Positions 38,407-48,648 of a stretch of 64,000 nucleotides of DNA are shown here, in pieces. The translations under genes were made by a program, and so were the position numbers. Below the pieces are notes generated by a model, which was given only the letters and a program-made list of their open reading frames with translations, had not been told where the DNA came from and searched no databases. Each line of letters begins with the position of its first letter. The first letter of the stretch is position 1. Origin of the DNA: Candidatus Delongbacteria bacterium (GTDB lineage Bacteria > UBA4055); contig JAFGVM010000016.1 in assembly GCA_016937995.1 (NCBI GenBank), forward strand, positions 101,224-165,223. Direction: 5' to 3'.

Positions 38407-41397
38407 ATGAGTAATACTTTTACAAAAAAAGATCAGGAAATTTTACTTAAACAGGATTTCATTGAAGAGCCTTTTAGTAAGCTAATGAAAAAAAGAATAC
38501 ACGAAATTCTGTTGATCTGCAGTAAATATGATAAATTCATGCTCGAAGAAGACGGAAGGATCGATGAACAAATATTCCAGGAGTATGTATCAATAAATCT
38601 GAGATATCCTCCTGTATTCACTCAGGTATCAAATCAAACTGAAGCATTTGAAAAACTGAAAGAAAAAGATTTTGATCTCATTATAACAATGGTTAATCTG
38701 GGTGATATTTTACCATTCGAACTCTCTGAAAAGATAAAAAAAGCTTACCCTGCAATTCCTATTGTCGTCCTTACACATTTTTCACGAGAAGTCTCCAACT
38801 TTCTATACAACAAAGATCTATCTCACATTGATTATGTTTTTTCATGGCTGGGAGATTCAAGTATAATGCTTGCAATAATAAAGTTAATAGAAGATTCAAT
38901 GAATGTCGAGCATGACGTCAGGGAGGTTGGGGCGTATGCTATTATCCTTGTTGAAAATTCTATTCGATACTATTCAAGTTACTTACCCAGCATGTATAAA
39001 ATCCTTTTCAATCAAACTCAAGCCTTGATGAAAGAGGGGTTAAATGAGCATCAGAAAACGATGAGAATGAGAGCACGCCCTAAAATAGTTCTTGCGAACA
39101 ATTATGAAAAAGCAATCGAGCTTTATGAAAAATATAAAGAAAATATACTTGGTGTTATATCTGACATTTCTTACGATATAAATGGTAAAAATGACGATGA
39201 AGCTGGCTTGAAATTATGTAGATTTATCAGAAATGAAAATAAATATTTACCGATATTATTACAATCATCTCAATCAAGGCATAAAGATGAAACTGAATCA
39301 ATGAATGCGGCCTTCATTAATAAAAATTCAAAAAATCTTTTGAATAAATTAAGAAAATATATCAGGACTAACTTTGGATTTGGTGATTTTGTTTTTGTTG
39401 ATCCCCAGACGAATGAAGAAATCGGTAAAGCATCAGACCTTCAAAGCTTACAGCATAAACTCGAAATAGTACCATTAAGCTCTTTTGAATACCATGCTGA
39501 TAACAACCATTTCTCAAAGTGGTTCAAAGCAAGAGCGCTTTTTACTTTGGCAGACCTGATAAAGCATAAGAAGCAAAATGATTTTAAAAGTGTTGAAGAT
39601 ACAAGAGATTTCGTAATCAATATTATTAAAAGTTACCGAATCAGCACAGGTAGAGGAACAATTGCAACTTTTGAAAAAGATAATTTTGACAACTATACCA
39701 GATTTGCCCGTATAGGTAAGGGTTCGTTGGGAGGTAAAGGCAGAGGTTTAGCCTTCATAGATTCATTTTTGAAAAGAAATAAAATGACATTTAAGTATGA
39801 CAACCTTACGATCAGTGTACCTAAAACAATTATTATCTCCACTGATGTATTCGAAGAATTCATGGAACTGAACGACCTATATCCCATTGCATTATCCAAT
39901 TCTTCTGATGAATGGATCCTGAAATTTTTTCTTTTGGGAGATATGCCGCCACACCTAAAAGAAAAATTACATTGCATTTTATCTTACTTTAAAGATCCCC
40001 TGGCTATAAGATCATCCAGTTTGCTAGAGGATTCATATCATCAGCCTTTTGCAGGAGTATATTCAACTTACATGATCTCGAACAATAATGTAAATATTAA
40101 TACTCGGGTCACTGAATTATGTCAGGCAATTAAATCTGTTTATGCCTCAACGTTTTTCAAGATCAGTAGAAATTATATGGCTGCAACAAATAATTTGATC
40201 GATGAAGAAAAAATGTCCGTTATTATTCAAGAAATGAGTGGACAAAAATATGTTACAGATGAAAATTCTGAAAGATTCTATCCTTCATTATCGGGTGTTG
40301 CCAGATCTTTGAATTTTTATCCTATAGGTAAAGAAAAACCGAAAGAAGGTATAGTTAACATAGCTGTAGGATTAGGTAAAACTATTGTTGATGGAAATAC
40401 TTCATTAAGATTCTCTCCTAAGTATCCAAAAAAAATACTACAATTATCAAATTCTGAAATGGCTTTAAGGAATACTCAGAAAAAATTTTATGCCCTGAAT
40501 ATGTCAAAACCTTTCATTCCTACTGTTAACGAAAGTGATAATCTTTCTTTATTGAAGATCAACGAGGCAGAAAAAGATAAATCTTTAAAAATGATGGTTT
40601 CTACTTATGATGCCCAGAATGAAGTTCTCAGAGATGGGGATCAGGATACCGGAAAAAAAATTGTGACATTCGCACCTATCCTGAAATATGGTATGATACC
40701 TTTGCCTGAAGTAATAAGAGATATTTTAGATCTGGGAGCAAAAGAAATGAATACTCCGGTAGAAATTGAATTTTCAATGCAAATAAGTACTGACAAAGAA
40801 ATTCCTCATAAATTTCATTTTTTACAGATCAGACCGATCGTTCAAGGACTTGAATTCAGTGACATCACTATATCTGAGGAAGAAATACAAAACTCGATCA
40901 TATCTTCGAATTCTACTCTCGGGAACGGAACAATTGATGATATTACTGACATAGTTTACATAAAACCTGAAAAATTCGATCCTTCTAAAACAGAAGAGAT
41001 TGCAAATACATTAGAAAAATTAAATGAAAAATTCATCAAAAAAGACAGGCATTTTATTTTAATTGGTCCCGGCAGATGGGGTTCTTCTGACCCTTGGCTT
41101 GGTGTTCCAGTTAAATGGGCACAGATATCTAAGGCAAAGGTCATTGTGGAGCATGGATTAAAAAAGTTTCATATCGATCCTAGTCAGGGATCTCATTTTT
41201 TCCAGAATATCACACATTTGAAAGTCATTTATATGACAATCAATCCTTATCTGAATGATGGGAGGATAGATATTGAGAAACTTAATTCTATAAAGAGTAT
41301 TTATGAGAACGATCTTTTAAGACATATACGATTCGATAAAAAATTGTTTCTCAAAGCGAATGGTGCTACCGGAGAAGCGGTTGTTATCATTAAATAA
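38407..41397 (+). CDS. 996-aa protein: tandem receiver-like (REC/pseudo-REC) domains, a central PPDK_N-type ATP-grasp (PEP-synthase/pyruvate-phosphate-dikinase nucleotide-binding) domain, and a degenerate PEP-utiliser-like C-terminal module.
   Basis: N-terminus ILLICSKYDK...DFDLIITMVNLGD...IPIVVLTH and a second KIVLANNYEKAIE...ILGVISDISYD...LPILLQSS are REC-like. GGKGRGLAFID plus LAIRSSSLLEDSYHQPFAGVYSTY...VYASTF...MSVIIQEM match PPDK_N blocks. The C-terminal FILIGPGRWGSSDPWLGVPV...SQGSHFF parallels GGRTSHAAIIARELGIPAVVG but lacks the His. Confidence 0.6.
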   Translation: MSNTFTKKDQEILLKQDFIEEPFSKLMKKRIHEILLICSKYDKFMLEEDGRIDEQIFQEYVSINLRYPPVFTQVSNQTEAFEKLKEKDFDLIITMVNLGDILPFELSEKIKKAYPAIPIVVLTHFSREVSNFLYNKDLSHIDYVFSWLGDSSIMLAIIKLIEDSMNVEHDVREVGAYAIILVENSIRYYSSYLPSMYKILFNQTQALMKEGLNEHQKTMRMRARPKIVLANNYEKAIELYEKYKENILGVISDISYDINGKNDDEAGLKLCRFIRNENKYLPILLQSSQSRHKDETESMNAAFINKNSKNLLNKLRKYIRTNFGFGDFVFVDPQTNEEIGKASDLQSLQHKLEIVPLSSFEYHADNNHFSKWFKARALFTLADLIKHKKQNDFKSVEDTRDFVINIIKSYRISTGRGTIATFEKDNFDNYTRFARIGKGSLGGKGRGLAFIDSFLKRNKMTFKYDNLTISVPKTIIISTDVFEEFMELNDLYPIALSNSSDEWILKFFLLGDMPPHLKEKLHCILSYFKDPLAIRSSSLLEDSYHQPFAGVYSTYMISNNNVNINTRVTELCQAIKSVYASTFFKISRNYMAATNNLIDEEKMSVIIQEMSGQKYVTDENSERFYPSLSGVARSLNFYPIGKEKPKEGIVNIAVGLGKTIVDGNTSLRFSPKYPKKILQLSNSEMALRNTQKKFYALNMSKPFIPTVNESDNLSLLKINEAEKDKSLKMMVSTYDAQNEVLRDGDQDTGKKIVTFAPILKYGMIPLPEVIRDILDLGAKEMNTPVEIEFSMQISTDKEIPHKFHFLQIRPIVQGLEFSDITISEEEIQNSIISSNSTLGNGTIDDITDIVYIKPEKFDPSKTEEIANTLEKLNEKFIKKDRHFILIGPGRWGSSDPWLGVPVKWAQISKAKVIVEHGLKKFHIDPSQGSHFFQNITHLKVIYMTINPYLNDGRIDIEKLNSIKSIYENDLLRHIRFDKKLFLKANGATGEAVVIIK

Positions 41398-41413
41398 TTG
41401 TCAGGAGTTTTAA

Positions 41414-42265
41414 ATGACATTATGTTTTTTTGTTACTGATCTTCATGGTAGGAAAGAGCGTTATGAAAAATTTTTCTCTAAAATTTATTCAGAGAAACCT
41501 GATGTGGTTTTTTTAGGAGGAGATCTCTTTCCAAATTCATTCTCAAATGAATTTAAGAATAAAGATTTCCTTGGAGATTTCTTAGTTGAAGAGCTAAAAA
41601 AAATAAAAAAGAATTTAGGTAAAAAATATCCCAGAATTTTTGTTATACTTGGGAATGACGATGGGCGATCTCAAGAATCCGATATGATCAAATACGAAAA
41701 TCAAGGAATATGGCAATATATTCATAATAAAAAGATCAGACTTAATGAATATTCCATTTACGGTTACTCATACATTCCACCAACTCCTTTCAGTTTGAAA
41801 GACTGGGAAAAATATGATGTCTCAAGATTTGTTGATATTGGCTGTGTCAGCCCTGAAGAGGGTTCAAGAACAATTGAAGTAAGTGATCATGAGAAAAAAT
41901 ATTCTACTATCAAAGATGACCTTAATGAATTATTTCAAGATGATGATCTAAGTAAAGCTGTTATTTTATTCCATTCACCGCCTTATAAAACAAAACTCGA
42001 CAGAGCTGATCTTGATGGAAAAATGGTCGATTTTGTTCCTTTGGATGTTCATGTCGGCAGTATTGCAATACAACGATTTATAACAGACAGATCACCTTAT
42101 TTAACACTTCATGGCCATATACATGAATCATCAAGATTGACCAATAGCTACCTTGATAATATTAACAATACTACAATGCTAAATGCCGCACATGACGGCA
42201 ATGAATTGTCTCTAATCAAATTTCAATTGGAAGACCTTACAACTATACAAAGAGAGATATTGTAA
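41414..42265 (+). CDS. Calcineurin-like metallophosphoesterase.
   Basis: FFVTDLHGRKERY...VVFLGGDLFPN...ILGNDD...ILFHSPP...GHIHE are the canonical MPE metal-binding blocks (DxH, GD, GNHD/E, H, GH). 16 bp downstream of the 996-aa gene. Confidence 0.65.
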   Translation: MTLCFFVTDLHGRKERYEKFFSKIYSEKPDVVFLGGDLFPNSFSNEFKNKDFLGDFLVEELKKIKKNLGKKYPRIFVILGNDDGRSQESDMIKYENQGIWQYIHNKKIRLNEYSIYGYSYIPPTPFSLKDWEKYDVSRFVDIGCVSPEEGSRTIEVSDHEKKYSTIKDDLNELFQDDDLSKAVILFHSPPYKTKLDRADLDGKMVDFVPLDVHVGSIAIQRFITDRSPYLTLHGHIHESSRLTNSYLDNINNTTMLNAAHDGNELSLIKFQLEDLTTIQREIL

Positions 42266-42273
42266 AAGTATAA

Positions 42274-45200
42274 CTACTTTTTATTAACAAATAGAGGTCT
42301 TGCTGCATCAGATACTGCTGATATCTTCATAGCATAGCTGCTCTTGGTCTTTATATCATCATTGTTAATTATGTGAATATCCAGAATATTTTCCAGCTTA
42401 TAACCTGTGTTTAAAAAATTGTAATAACCTAAACTCGTATTCCATGCATCAAGCCAGATCAATAAACCTTCTTTTTGAACCTTATTTCCAATAAAATGTA
42501 TTAAAATATCAATATCGCTGTCAGGCCTTGAAGTAGCATTCTTAGCGCTACCGAAAATATACAGCTCTTTCACTCCAAACCTTTTTGCATCCAATGATTC
42601 GGCTATTTTTTCAACTGCTCTAAGTCTCCATTTCCAATGATAGTCATCTTTTTTATCTATGTTAATTTTGTTAACATCCTTTGTTCGGAAATGATAATGC
42701 TCCCTTGAATTATATTCTTCATTAATATCTCGAATTAATGCTGTTGCTTTATCTGATTCAGCATTCATATATATCTGGATCTCTCTACCTTTAGTTACAT
42801 TTTTGACATCAATTACTTTGATCACATTTGATAGATCTGAATATTTTGGTAATAGATCTTTAAAAATATTTGTACTCTCAGTGAAGAATTCCTCATTAAA
42901 AATAATATCACGATTGTCTGAATACAATGGTAAATACCTTATTCCCGACTCAACAAGATCAAGAAAAAAATGTGTTCCGAAGGAAAGGTCCGGAACGTAA
43001 TCTTTATTCTTCTTAGCTATTTCTATTAACATGCTGGTGTTACTAATATCAGAGTATGAAACAGACACTCCTAATTTGATATCACCCCGACTTCCCCATC
43101 TTCCAGGACCCATTAGTATAAATTGTTTTTTTGGCAATATTTTATTTAACAACCCAATTGCCTTTCCAACATTTTTCATCTCCTCCAATGAAGACAGATT
43201 GCTATATCCCACAGGATCTACATACACAACATGAGATATTCCTTGAACTAAACCATTCGAAATGAATTTATTCGCGGTAAATAATATCTCATTTTGTTTA
43301 ATGTCTTCAGGACAGGTAATTGGTTTGGAATCATAACCCAGATTCTGAGGACGGCATTGTAATAAGTAAAGATCATCTCCATCATGTGCAAACTCAATAT
43401 CAACCGGGTGTTCATATTTTTGTTTAAGTGTGTATAAAATATCGTTCATCTCTTTCATGAAAACCTGGTCTGATAATAAACCATCAAATGTAACTGTAAA
43501 ATTTTCTTTTTTGTAATCAGTTCCAAATTTTTTTGGAGGTAGCAGGTATTTCTCAGAAATTACAGAAACCAGCTTGTTGATTATAGGATAGTTCTTCCCA
43601 CATTTTTTTATAAGTTCATCGATCTTTTTAGTCTCGAATTTTTTAGTTTTAAGATTTATAACGTCGATCTGTTTAGGAGAATAACGAATTTTTTCATCGA
43701 TCGATACATTAACTCTGAGATCAGAATTCTTTGGTGATATAAGTATCGGGTAATCATCACTGGTCCTGTCAACAGCTCTTGTTCCCAATCCCGGAACTAA
43801 TCTTATTAAACCATCTTCTCTTTTGATCCTGCTTGACCATCGATATTCATTATTGCTGAAAGCAACTCCTGCGAAAGCCGGGAAAAAATAATCCCCAACT
43901 TTTTTACCTACAACCTGCTGGATCATTATACCCATTTGTTCGTTGTAATCAAGCAGTTCGTGCTCAGCTCTGTATTGTATAGGGTCAGGTCCAAAAGTTG
44001 AAGCATATACTTCTGAGATTGCATCCATCAGATCGGTCATTCTTTTTTCTTTTGGTCCCTGATTGGCAACGAAAAGACTTTTATATTTTCCGGCAAATGC
44101 AGTACCCATCCTATCCTCTAGTAAACTAGAGCTTCTTATTATAAGTGGAGTGTCCCCAAGATCATCAAGACACTTTGAGAGTTCTTTTATCATTTCTGAA
44201 GAGAAGGGAGAATTTTTAAAGACATGAATAACATATGGATACTCCTGTCGAACGAGACCTATATCCTTATATTTCTGCTCCATTATGTCTTCAAGGTTAT
44301 TATATTTCATAAAATCAAGTATTCCATCAGCTGTTATATACCACGTTTTAGGGATTTTAAGGTTTTTAACCTTTTTAGCATTGTTCGAATCTTCTAACAG
44401 AATATGTGACGCCACGATAAGACCTGCACTTTTTCCACCAAGTTTTCCGAGACTGTGTTCAGGATGAATAAGATTATTTGTTAATTTGTAAAATGAGTCC
44501 ACATTCAGATGCTTTTTTGCAACATCAATAAAGGTTCTCTGATCAGACATGAATTTCCTTATCAAAGCTACAGTAAAACTTTTCTGTCTTAATCCGGACA
44601 ACTCCAAACCCTGCTCTGCAAGGAAATGATACTTCTCCAATGCACTAATGATCTCACTTACTGTAGTTGCATTATTATTCAGTATATTCGCCATAAAAGC
44701 AGAACTTTCCTGCTTTATCCACTTATGCACATTTGTTAAGATTTCTTCCTCGGTCAAGTGTCTTTCGGCAACAGAAAATACATCTGTCAAAGTCATCATA
44801 GAGTCAATGTCTTCTAAAGCTTTAAATGGGAAATTTTTTTCTTTAACACATTCATCAGGAATACTGAATTTTTCTAAAAGCGATTCGGCTTCTTTTACTC
44901 CGTATATACAAAGAAAATTTATCATTTTTCTTGTTATTTTGACAGCAAAACCTTTGTCAGTCCTTGTAAGAAGATCCAAAATGGATCTCCATTCACTTTG
45001 AGTTGAATTCTCTATATTCCCATGATTCCCAAAAACAGTTCTTAACTGCTGGTGAAGAACATATAGCTCAAACTGCTTTCCAATCGTCTCAATAAGTGTA
45101 AGTTCTTCATTGAGAAATGGTCCAATATCTGCTTGAGGTCTTTCTTCGATATAATAGATATTGATCTGCCCAGTCACTTTTCCCTGAACAGTTATTTGTA

Positions 45201-45450
45201 CCTCCTGCATCCAGGGAGTCTCTTCAAATTCTTCAATTTGGAAGATCTTATTTTTATATAGTAATTGTGCTTTACATATTTCCGGGAACTGCCACCCCAT
45301 GGGAAGTATCGTTACAATGTTATAACATACTTCATCAAAGGAAAGTTCTCTATCATTTAATAAATTCTGGATCTCATACAAACATTTGGATTCTTTCGCA
45401 CGTTCATTAAGATCATTTATTAGTCTGGAAAGCAATTTATCATTCTTCAT
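42274..45450 (-). CDS. 1058-aa protein: N-terminal sensor-like region, PPDK_N-type ATP-grasp domain, degenerate PEP-utiliser-like module, and a C-terminal polymerase-beta-type (minimal) nucleotidyltransferase domain.
   Basis: LGKLGGKSAGLIVASHILLE plus LIIRSSSLLEDRMGTAFAGKYKSLF...VYASTF...MGIMIQQV are PPDK_N blocks. FILMGPGRWGSRGDIKLGVSV...SFGTHFF is the module shared with the two paralogs. The C-terminal LYIFGSAKNATSRPDSDIDILIHF is an NTase fold motif (GS...DxD). Confidence 0.6.
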   Translation of the reverse strand: MKNDKLLSRLINDLNERAKESKCLYEIQNLLNDRELSFDEVCYNIVTILPMGWQFPEICKAQLLYKNKIFQIEEFEETPWMQEVQITVQGKVTGQINIYYIEERPQADIGPFLNEELTLIETIGKQFELYVLHQQLRTVFGNHGNIENSTQSEWRSILDLLTRTDKGFAVKITRKMINFLCIYGVKEAESLLEKFSIPDECVKEKNFPFKALEDIDSMMTLTDVFSVAERHLTEEEILTNVHKWIKQESSAFMANILNNNATTVSEIISALEKYHFLAEQGLELSGLRQKSFTVALIRKFMSDQRTFIDVAKKHLNVDSFYKLTNNLIHPEHSLGKLGGKSAGLIVASHILLEDSNNAKKVKNLKIPKTWYITADGILDFMKYNNLEDIMEQKYKDIGLVRQEYPYVIHVFKNSPFSSEMIKELSKCLDDLGDTPLIIRSSSLLEDRMGTAFAGKYKSLFVANQGPKEKRMTDLMDAISEVYASTFGPDPIQYRAEHELLDYNEQMGIMIQQVVGKKVGDYFFPAFAGVAFSNNEYRWSSRIKREDGLIRLVPGLGTRAVDRTSDDYPILISPKNSDLRVNVSIDEKIRYSPKQIDVINLKTKKFETKKIDELIKKCGKNYPIINKLVSVISEKYLLPPKKFGTDYKKENFTVTFDGLLSDQVFMKEMNDILYTLKQKYEHPVDIEFAHDGDDLYLLQCRPQNLGYDSKPITCPEDIKQNEILFTANKFISNGLVQGISHVVYVDPVGYSNLSSLEEMKNVGKAIGLLNKILPKKQFILMGPGRWGSRGDIKLGVSVSYSDISNTSMLIEIAKKNKDYVPDLSFGTHFFLDLVESGIRYLPLYSDNRDIIFNEEFFTESTNIFKDLLPKYSDLSNVIKVIDVKNVTKGREIQIYMNAESDKATALIRDINEEYNSREHYHFRTKDVNKINIDKKDDYHWKWRLRAVEKIAESLDAKRFGVKELYIFGSAKNATSRPDSDIDILIHFIGNKVQKEGLLIWLDAWNTSLGYYNFLNTGYKLENILDIHIINNDDIKTKSSYAMKISAVSDAARPLFVNKK

Positions 45451-45457
45451 ATTACAC

Positions 45458-47185
45458 CTATTTTTTTATAACACCTGATCTGCTTTTACCGTCAACAATC
45501 GTTTTTAATGCTTTATCATATCTTACATGTGAAACAAATTCCAAATCTGTTACATGGTCCAGCGAATTGATCCAATTCCAATCTGTCGGAAAATCATTCC
45601 TCAGAGGAAGATAAAAATATTGAATTTTAAAACTTGTCAGATTATGGAAAAAATGAGAACCCTGACTGAATTCAATATTCATATTTTCTAGACTTGCTTC
45701 AACAATGATCGAAGCTCCTGATATCTGACTCCAGGTTACAGGTATACCCAACCAATGATCTGAACTTCCCCATCTACCGTAACCAATTAAAAGATACGGC
45801 CTCTTTTCGCTTAGCAATTTCGAATTGATCTCTGCAATTTCTTTTGCGATCAATTCTGTCTTTGCAGGATCAAAAGTTTCATGTTTAACAAAAACAATAT
45901 CCTTAATATTGTTGCTTATTCCATTCCCAAGAACATGCTCCGATGCAATTATAGTATCATTTGATGACAACTCTGACCTTTCTAACCTTACATCAGTATC
46001 ATTTACCACCATCTGCCTTACTTGTAGTAAACCGAATCTGTAGGGTTTCTCTGATGAACTGTCTTTGGAAAAAGTCATAGCAAATTCTATCTCAACTGGA
46101 GAATCCATTTTTTCTTCACATACCTTCATCAGTTTTATTAATAGATCGTTAATGGGTATCAGTTCCAATGACAAAATTGGGGCAAAATTGAGAACTCTGG
46201 CCCCGTCCCTTCCTGAGCCGATTGTCAATCTGTCTGTTGTATGATCATATGTGGAAACTAGATTTGAAAGTGTCTCATCTTCTTCAGCAGAATGTATATT
46301 TTCGATCAGCATATATTCTGTTTCATTGATGGGATCATAAGCTGGAGGATCGCCCATATTCACAGACCAGAACTCAGTTTGAGTTAACTTCAACATTTCA
46401 TTAACTGATCCGAAAGGGGGTTTTTTATGTGGATACTTAGGACAGTATATCCATGATAATCCTCCGTCTACAATAGTTTTTCCAAGTCCGAATGCCAAAT
46501 TTACTACACCTTCTTCAGGTAAAGTTTCATTTATGGGATAATAGTTGTATGATTTACCTACACCCGACAAATTAGGATAGAACTTATCTCCATATCTGTT
46601 TCCAATGATCTCCTGGATTATTACAGCCATCTTCTCTTTTCTAATCTCCAGACCTGATGCGGTAAAATATTCCTTTGCATCTTTGAAGAAAGTAGAGGCA
46701 TATACATACTTGATCCCTTCGACCATCTTTGTGAATCTTGTATCTGAGTCGAACTGATTATTCGGTATCATTTTTGTCCCGTAGATCCCGGCAAAAGGTT
46801 TGTACTTTGCATCTTCCAGCATACTTGAAGATCTTATTGCAAGCGGAACATTCACTTTTGAAATTAATTCTCTCAGATCACCCAGAACTGAAAAAGGAAG
46901 CGAAGCATTCTGGAATGCAATTGCAATTTCATCATCACTTTTATCAGAATATGCAATATCGTAGAGGTCGTTCTGTGTCATAAAGTCATCAAAAACACCT
47001 GTTCTCAACACAGTAAAATTAGGTATGTTGACCATAATTTCATCAAATTCAGAAAAATCACTTTCCTTCAATATATTATCAAAATAAATTAAACTGCTTG
47101 CCTTTCCTCCAACTTCCCCTTCTCCAATGAATGAAATATTTTGTTCATCATCGAAAAATATTCTATTAAATTCATTTATCTTCAT
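45458..47185 (-). CDS. 575-aa PPDK_N-type ATP-grasp protein with a degenerate PEP-utiliser-like C-terminal module. Paralog of the two above.
   Basis: IGEGEVGGKASSLIYF. LAIRSSSMLEDAKYKPFAGIYGTKMI...VYASTF...MAVIIQEI. C-terminal YLLIGYGRWGSSDHWLGIPV...SQGSHFF. Starts 18 bp after the stop of the upstream gdh gene on the same strand. Confidence 0.6.
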   Translation of the reverse strand: MKINEFNRIFFDDEQNISFIGEGEVGGKASSLIYFDNILKESDFSEFDEIMVNIPNFTVLRTGVFDDFMTQNDLYDIAYSDKSDDEIAIAFQNASLPFSVLGDLRELISKVNVPLAIRSSSMLEDAKYKPFAGIYGTKMIPNNQFDSDTRFTKMVEGIKYVYASTFFKDAKEYFTASGLEIRKEKMAVIIQEIIGNRYGDKFYPNLSGVGKSYNYYPINETLPEEGVVNLAFGLGKTIVDGGLSWIYCPKYPHKKPPFGSVNEMLKLTQTEFWSVNMGDPPAYDPINETEYMLIENIHSAEEDETLSNLVSTYDHTTDRLTIGSGRDGARVLNFAPILSLELIPINDLLIKLMKVCEEKMDSPVEIEFAMTFSKDSSSEKPYRFGLLQVRQMVVNDTDVRLERSELSSNDTIIASEHVLGNGISNNIKDIVFVKHETFDPAKTELIAKEIAEINSKLLSEKRPYLLIGYGRWGSSDHWLGIPVTWSQISGASIIVEASLENMNIEFSQGSHFFHNLTSFKIQYFYLPLRNDFPTDWNWINSLDHVTDLEFVSHVRYDKALKTIVDGKSRSGVIKK

Positions 47186-47203
47186 TATTATCCCATGTTG
47201 TTG

Positions 47204-48490
47204 TTAGACCCATCCACGAGCTTTACATGCATCCACTACTTTCTCTATAGCCATTATATTTGCAGATACTCTCATTGTCATACTGTTCTTAGTCGAAAAC
47301 TGGTAAACTGAATTGAATGCATATGTCATTTTCTGATCCAATTTCCCCAAGACTTCATCTTTCGTCCAGAAGTAGTTCATATTACATTGTACCTGCTCAA
47401 AATAACTGCAGATAACACCGCCTGCATTAGCCAGAAAATCAGGAATTAAAAAGATATCCTTACTCTCAATTATTTTATCCGCTTCCGGAGTGGTCGGTCC
47501 GTTTGCTCCTTCAGCTATTATTTTAACTTTTGATGATATATTTTCCACATTCTCTTCAGTGATCTGATTTTCTATTGCTGCCGGTATTAAGATATCGACT
47601 TCCTGGAAGAGCCATTGATCACCATCCAGGATATCATACCCCAACTCTTTTGCTCTGGCTTTATCTATACCGCCAAATTGATCTGTAATGTTTTTCAGCT
47701 CTGTTAAATTAACACCACTTTCTTTTTTAAATGAGAAACTTTTTTCATCTTTCTGATCCCAACATGATACACAGATAACTTTACCACCCATTTGAGTATA
47801 AAGCTCGATCGCATACTGACTTACATTTCCAAATCCCTGAATACTCATTGTTGTGTCTTTTGCTTTTAAACTTAACTTTTTCAAAGCTTCTCTTATGGTA
47901 ATGATCACACCATAACCTGTTGCCTCAGTTCTGCCTAATGACCCACCCATTCCTACAGGTTTTCCGGTTATGAATCCCGGCTGTTTCTTTCCTGTTATTA
48001 TTTCATACTCATCCAGCATCCACAACATATGCTGGGGATTTGTCATTACATCAGGTGCTGGAATATCAGTGAAAGGTCCTACATTTTTATAAATTTGTCG
48101 AACCCAACCTCTACAAATTTGTTCCTGCTCCCTTTTGGTTAAGTTATGTGGATCACAGATCACACCACCTTTACCTCCTCCCAGAGGAATATCAGCAACT
48201 GATGTTTTCCAAGTCATCCACATTGATAAAGCTCTTACAGTATCAATTGTTTCCTGAGGATGAAACCTTATTCCTCCTTTTGCAGGACCTCTTGCATCGT
48301 TGTGAATACATCTGAAACCCCGGAAAACTTTTTTACTTCCATCATCCATAGTAATAGGAATGCTGAAATGGAATTCTTTCATCGGGGTTCTCAATAAATC
48401 ACGGGTTGCTTCATCTAATTCCAGCATTTCAGCTGCAGAATCAAATTGTTTTTTTGCCATTTCAAATGCATTGAATGATTTTTTTTCCAT
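47204..48490 (-). CDS. Glutamate dehydrogenase (428 aa, Glu/Leu/Phe/Val dehydrogenase family).
   Basis: IPLGGGKGGVICDP (GGGKGG catalytic-Lys region) and a Rossmann GFGNVSQYAIE. Typical GDH size. Confidence 0.85.
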   Translation of the reverse strand: MEKKSFNAFEMAKKQFDSAAEMLELDEATRDLLRTPMKEFHFSIPITMDDGSKKVFRGFRCIHNDARGPAKGGIRFHPQETIDTVRALSMWMTWKTSVADIPLGGGKGGVICDPHNLTKREQEQICRGWVRQIYKNVGPFTDIPAPDVMTNPQHMLWMLDEYEIITGKKQPGFITGKPVGMGGSLGRTEATGYGVIITIREALKKLSLKAKDTTMSIQGFGNVSQYAIELYTQMGGKVICVSCWDQKDEKSFSFKKESGVNLTELKNITDQFGGIDKARAKELGYDILDGDQWLFQEVDILIPAAIENQITEENVENISSKVKIIAEGANGPTTPEADKIIESKDIFLIPDFLANAGGVICSYFEQVQCNMNYFWTKDEVLGKLDQKMTYAFNSVYQFSTKNSMTMRVSANIMAIEKVVDACKARGWV

Positions 48491-48603
48491 AGCAGTTCTC
48501 CTTCAAGAGTGTACGTTCAATGTATATAACTTAAGGTAGTTTTTAAAGTTTCAGGTAGAAATATTTTATCTAAAATAATTGTCATTTTTATTTAATTAGA
48601 CAG

Positions 48604-48628
48604 AAAAGGCTCCACTAGGGAGCCTTTT
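48604..48628 (-). terminator. Stem-loop terminator candidate downstream of gdhA.
   Basis: AAAAGGCTCC-ACTAG-GGAGCCTTTT perfect 10-bp hairpin, 20 bp after the gdhA stop. Confidence 0.5.
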
Positions 48629-48648
48629 GATGATTGATCAGATTATCT

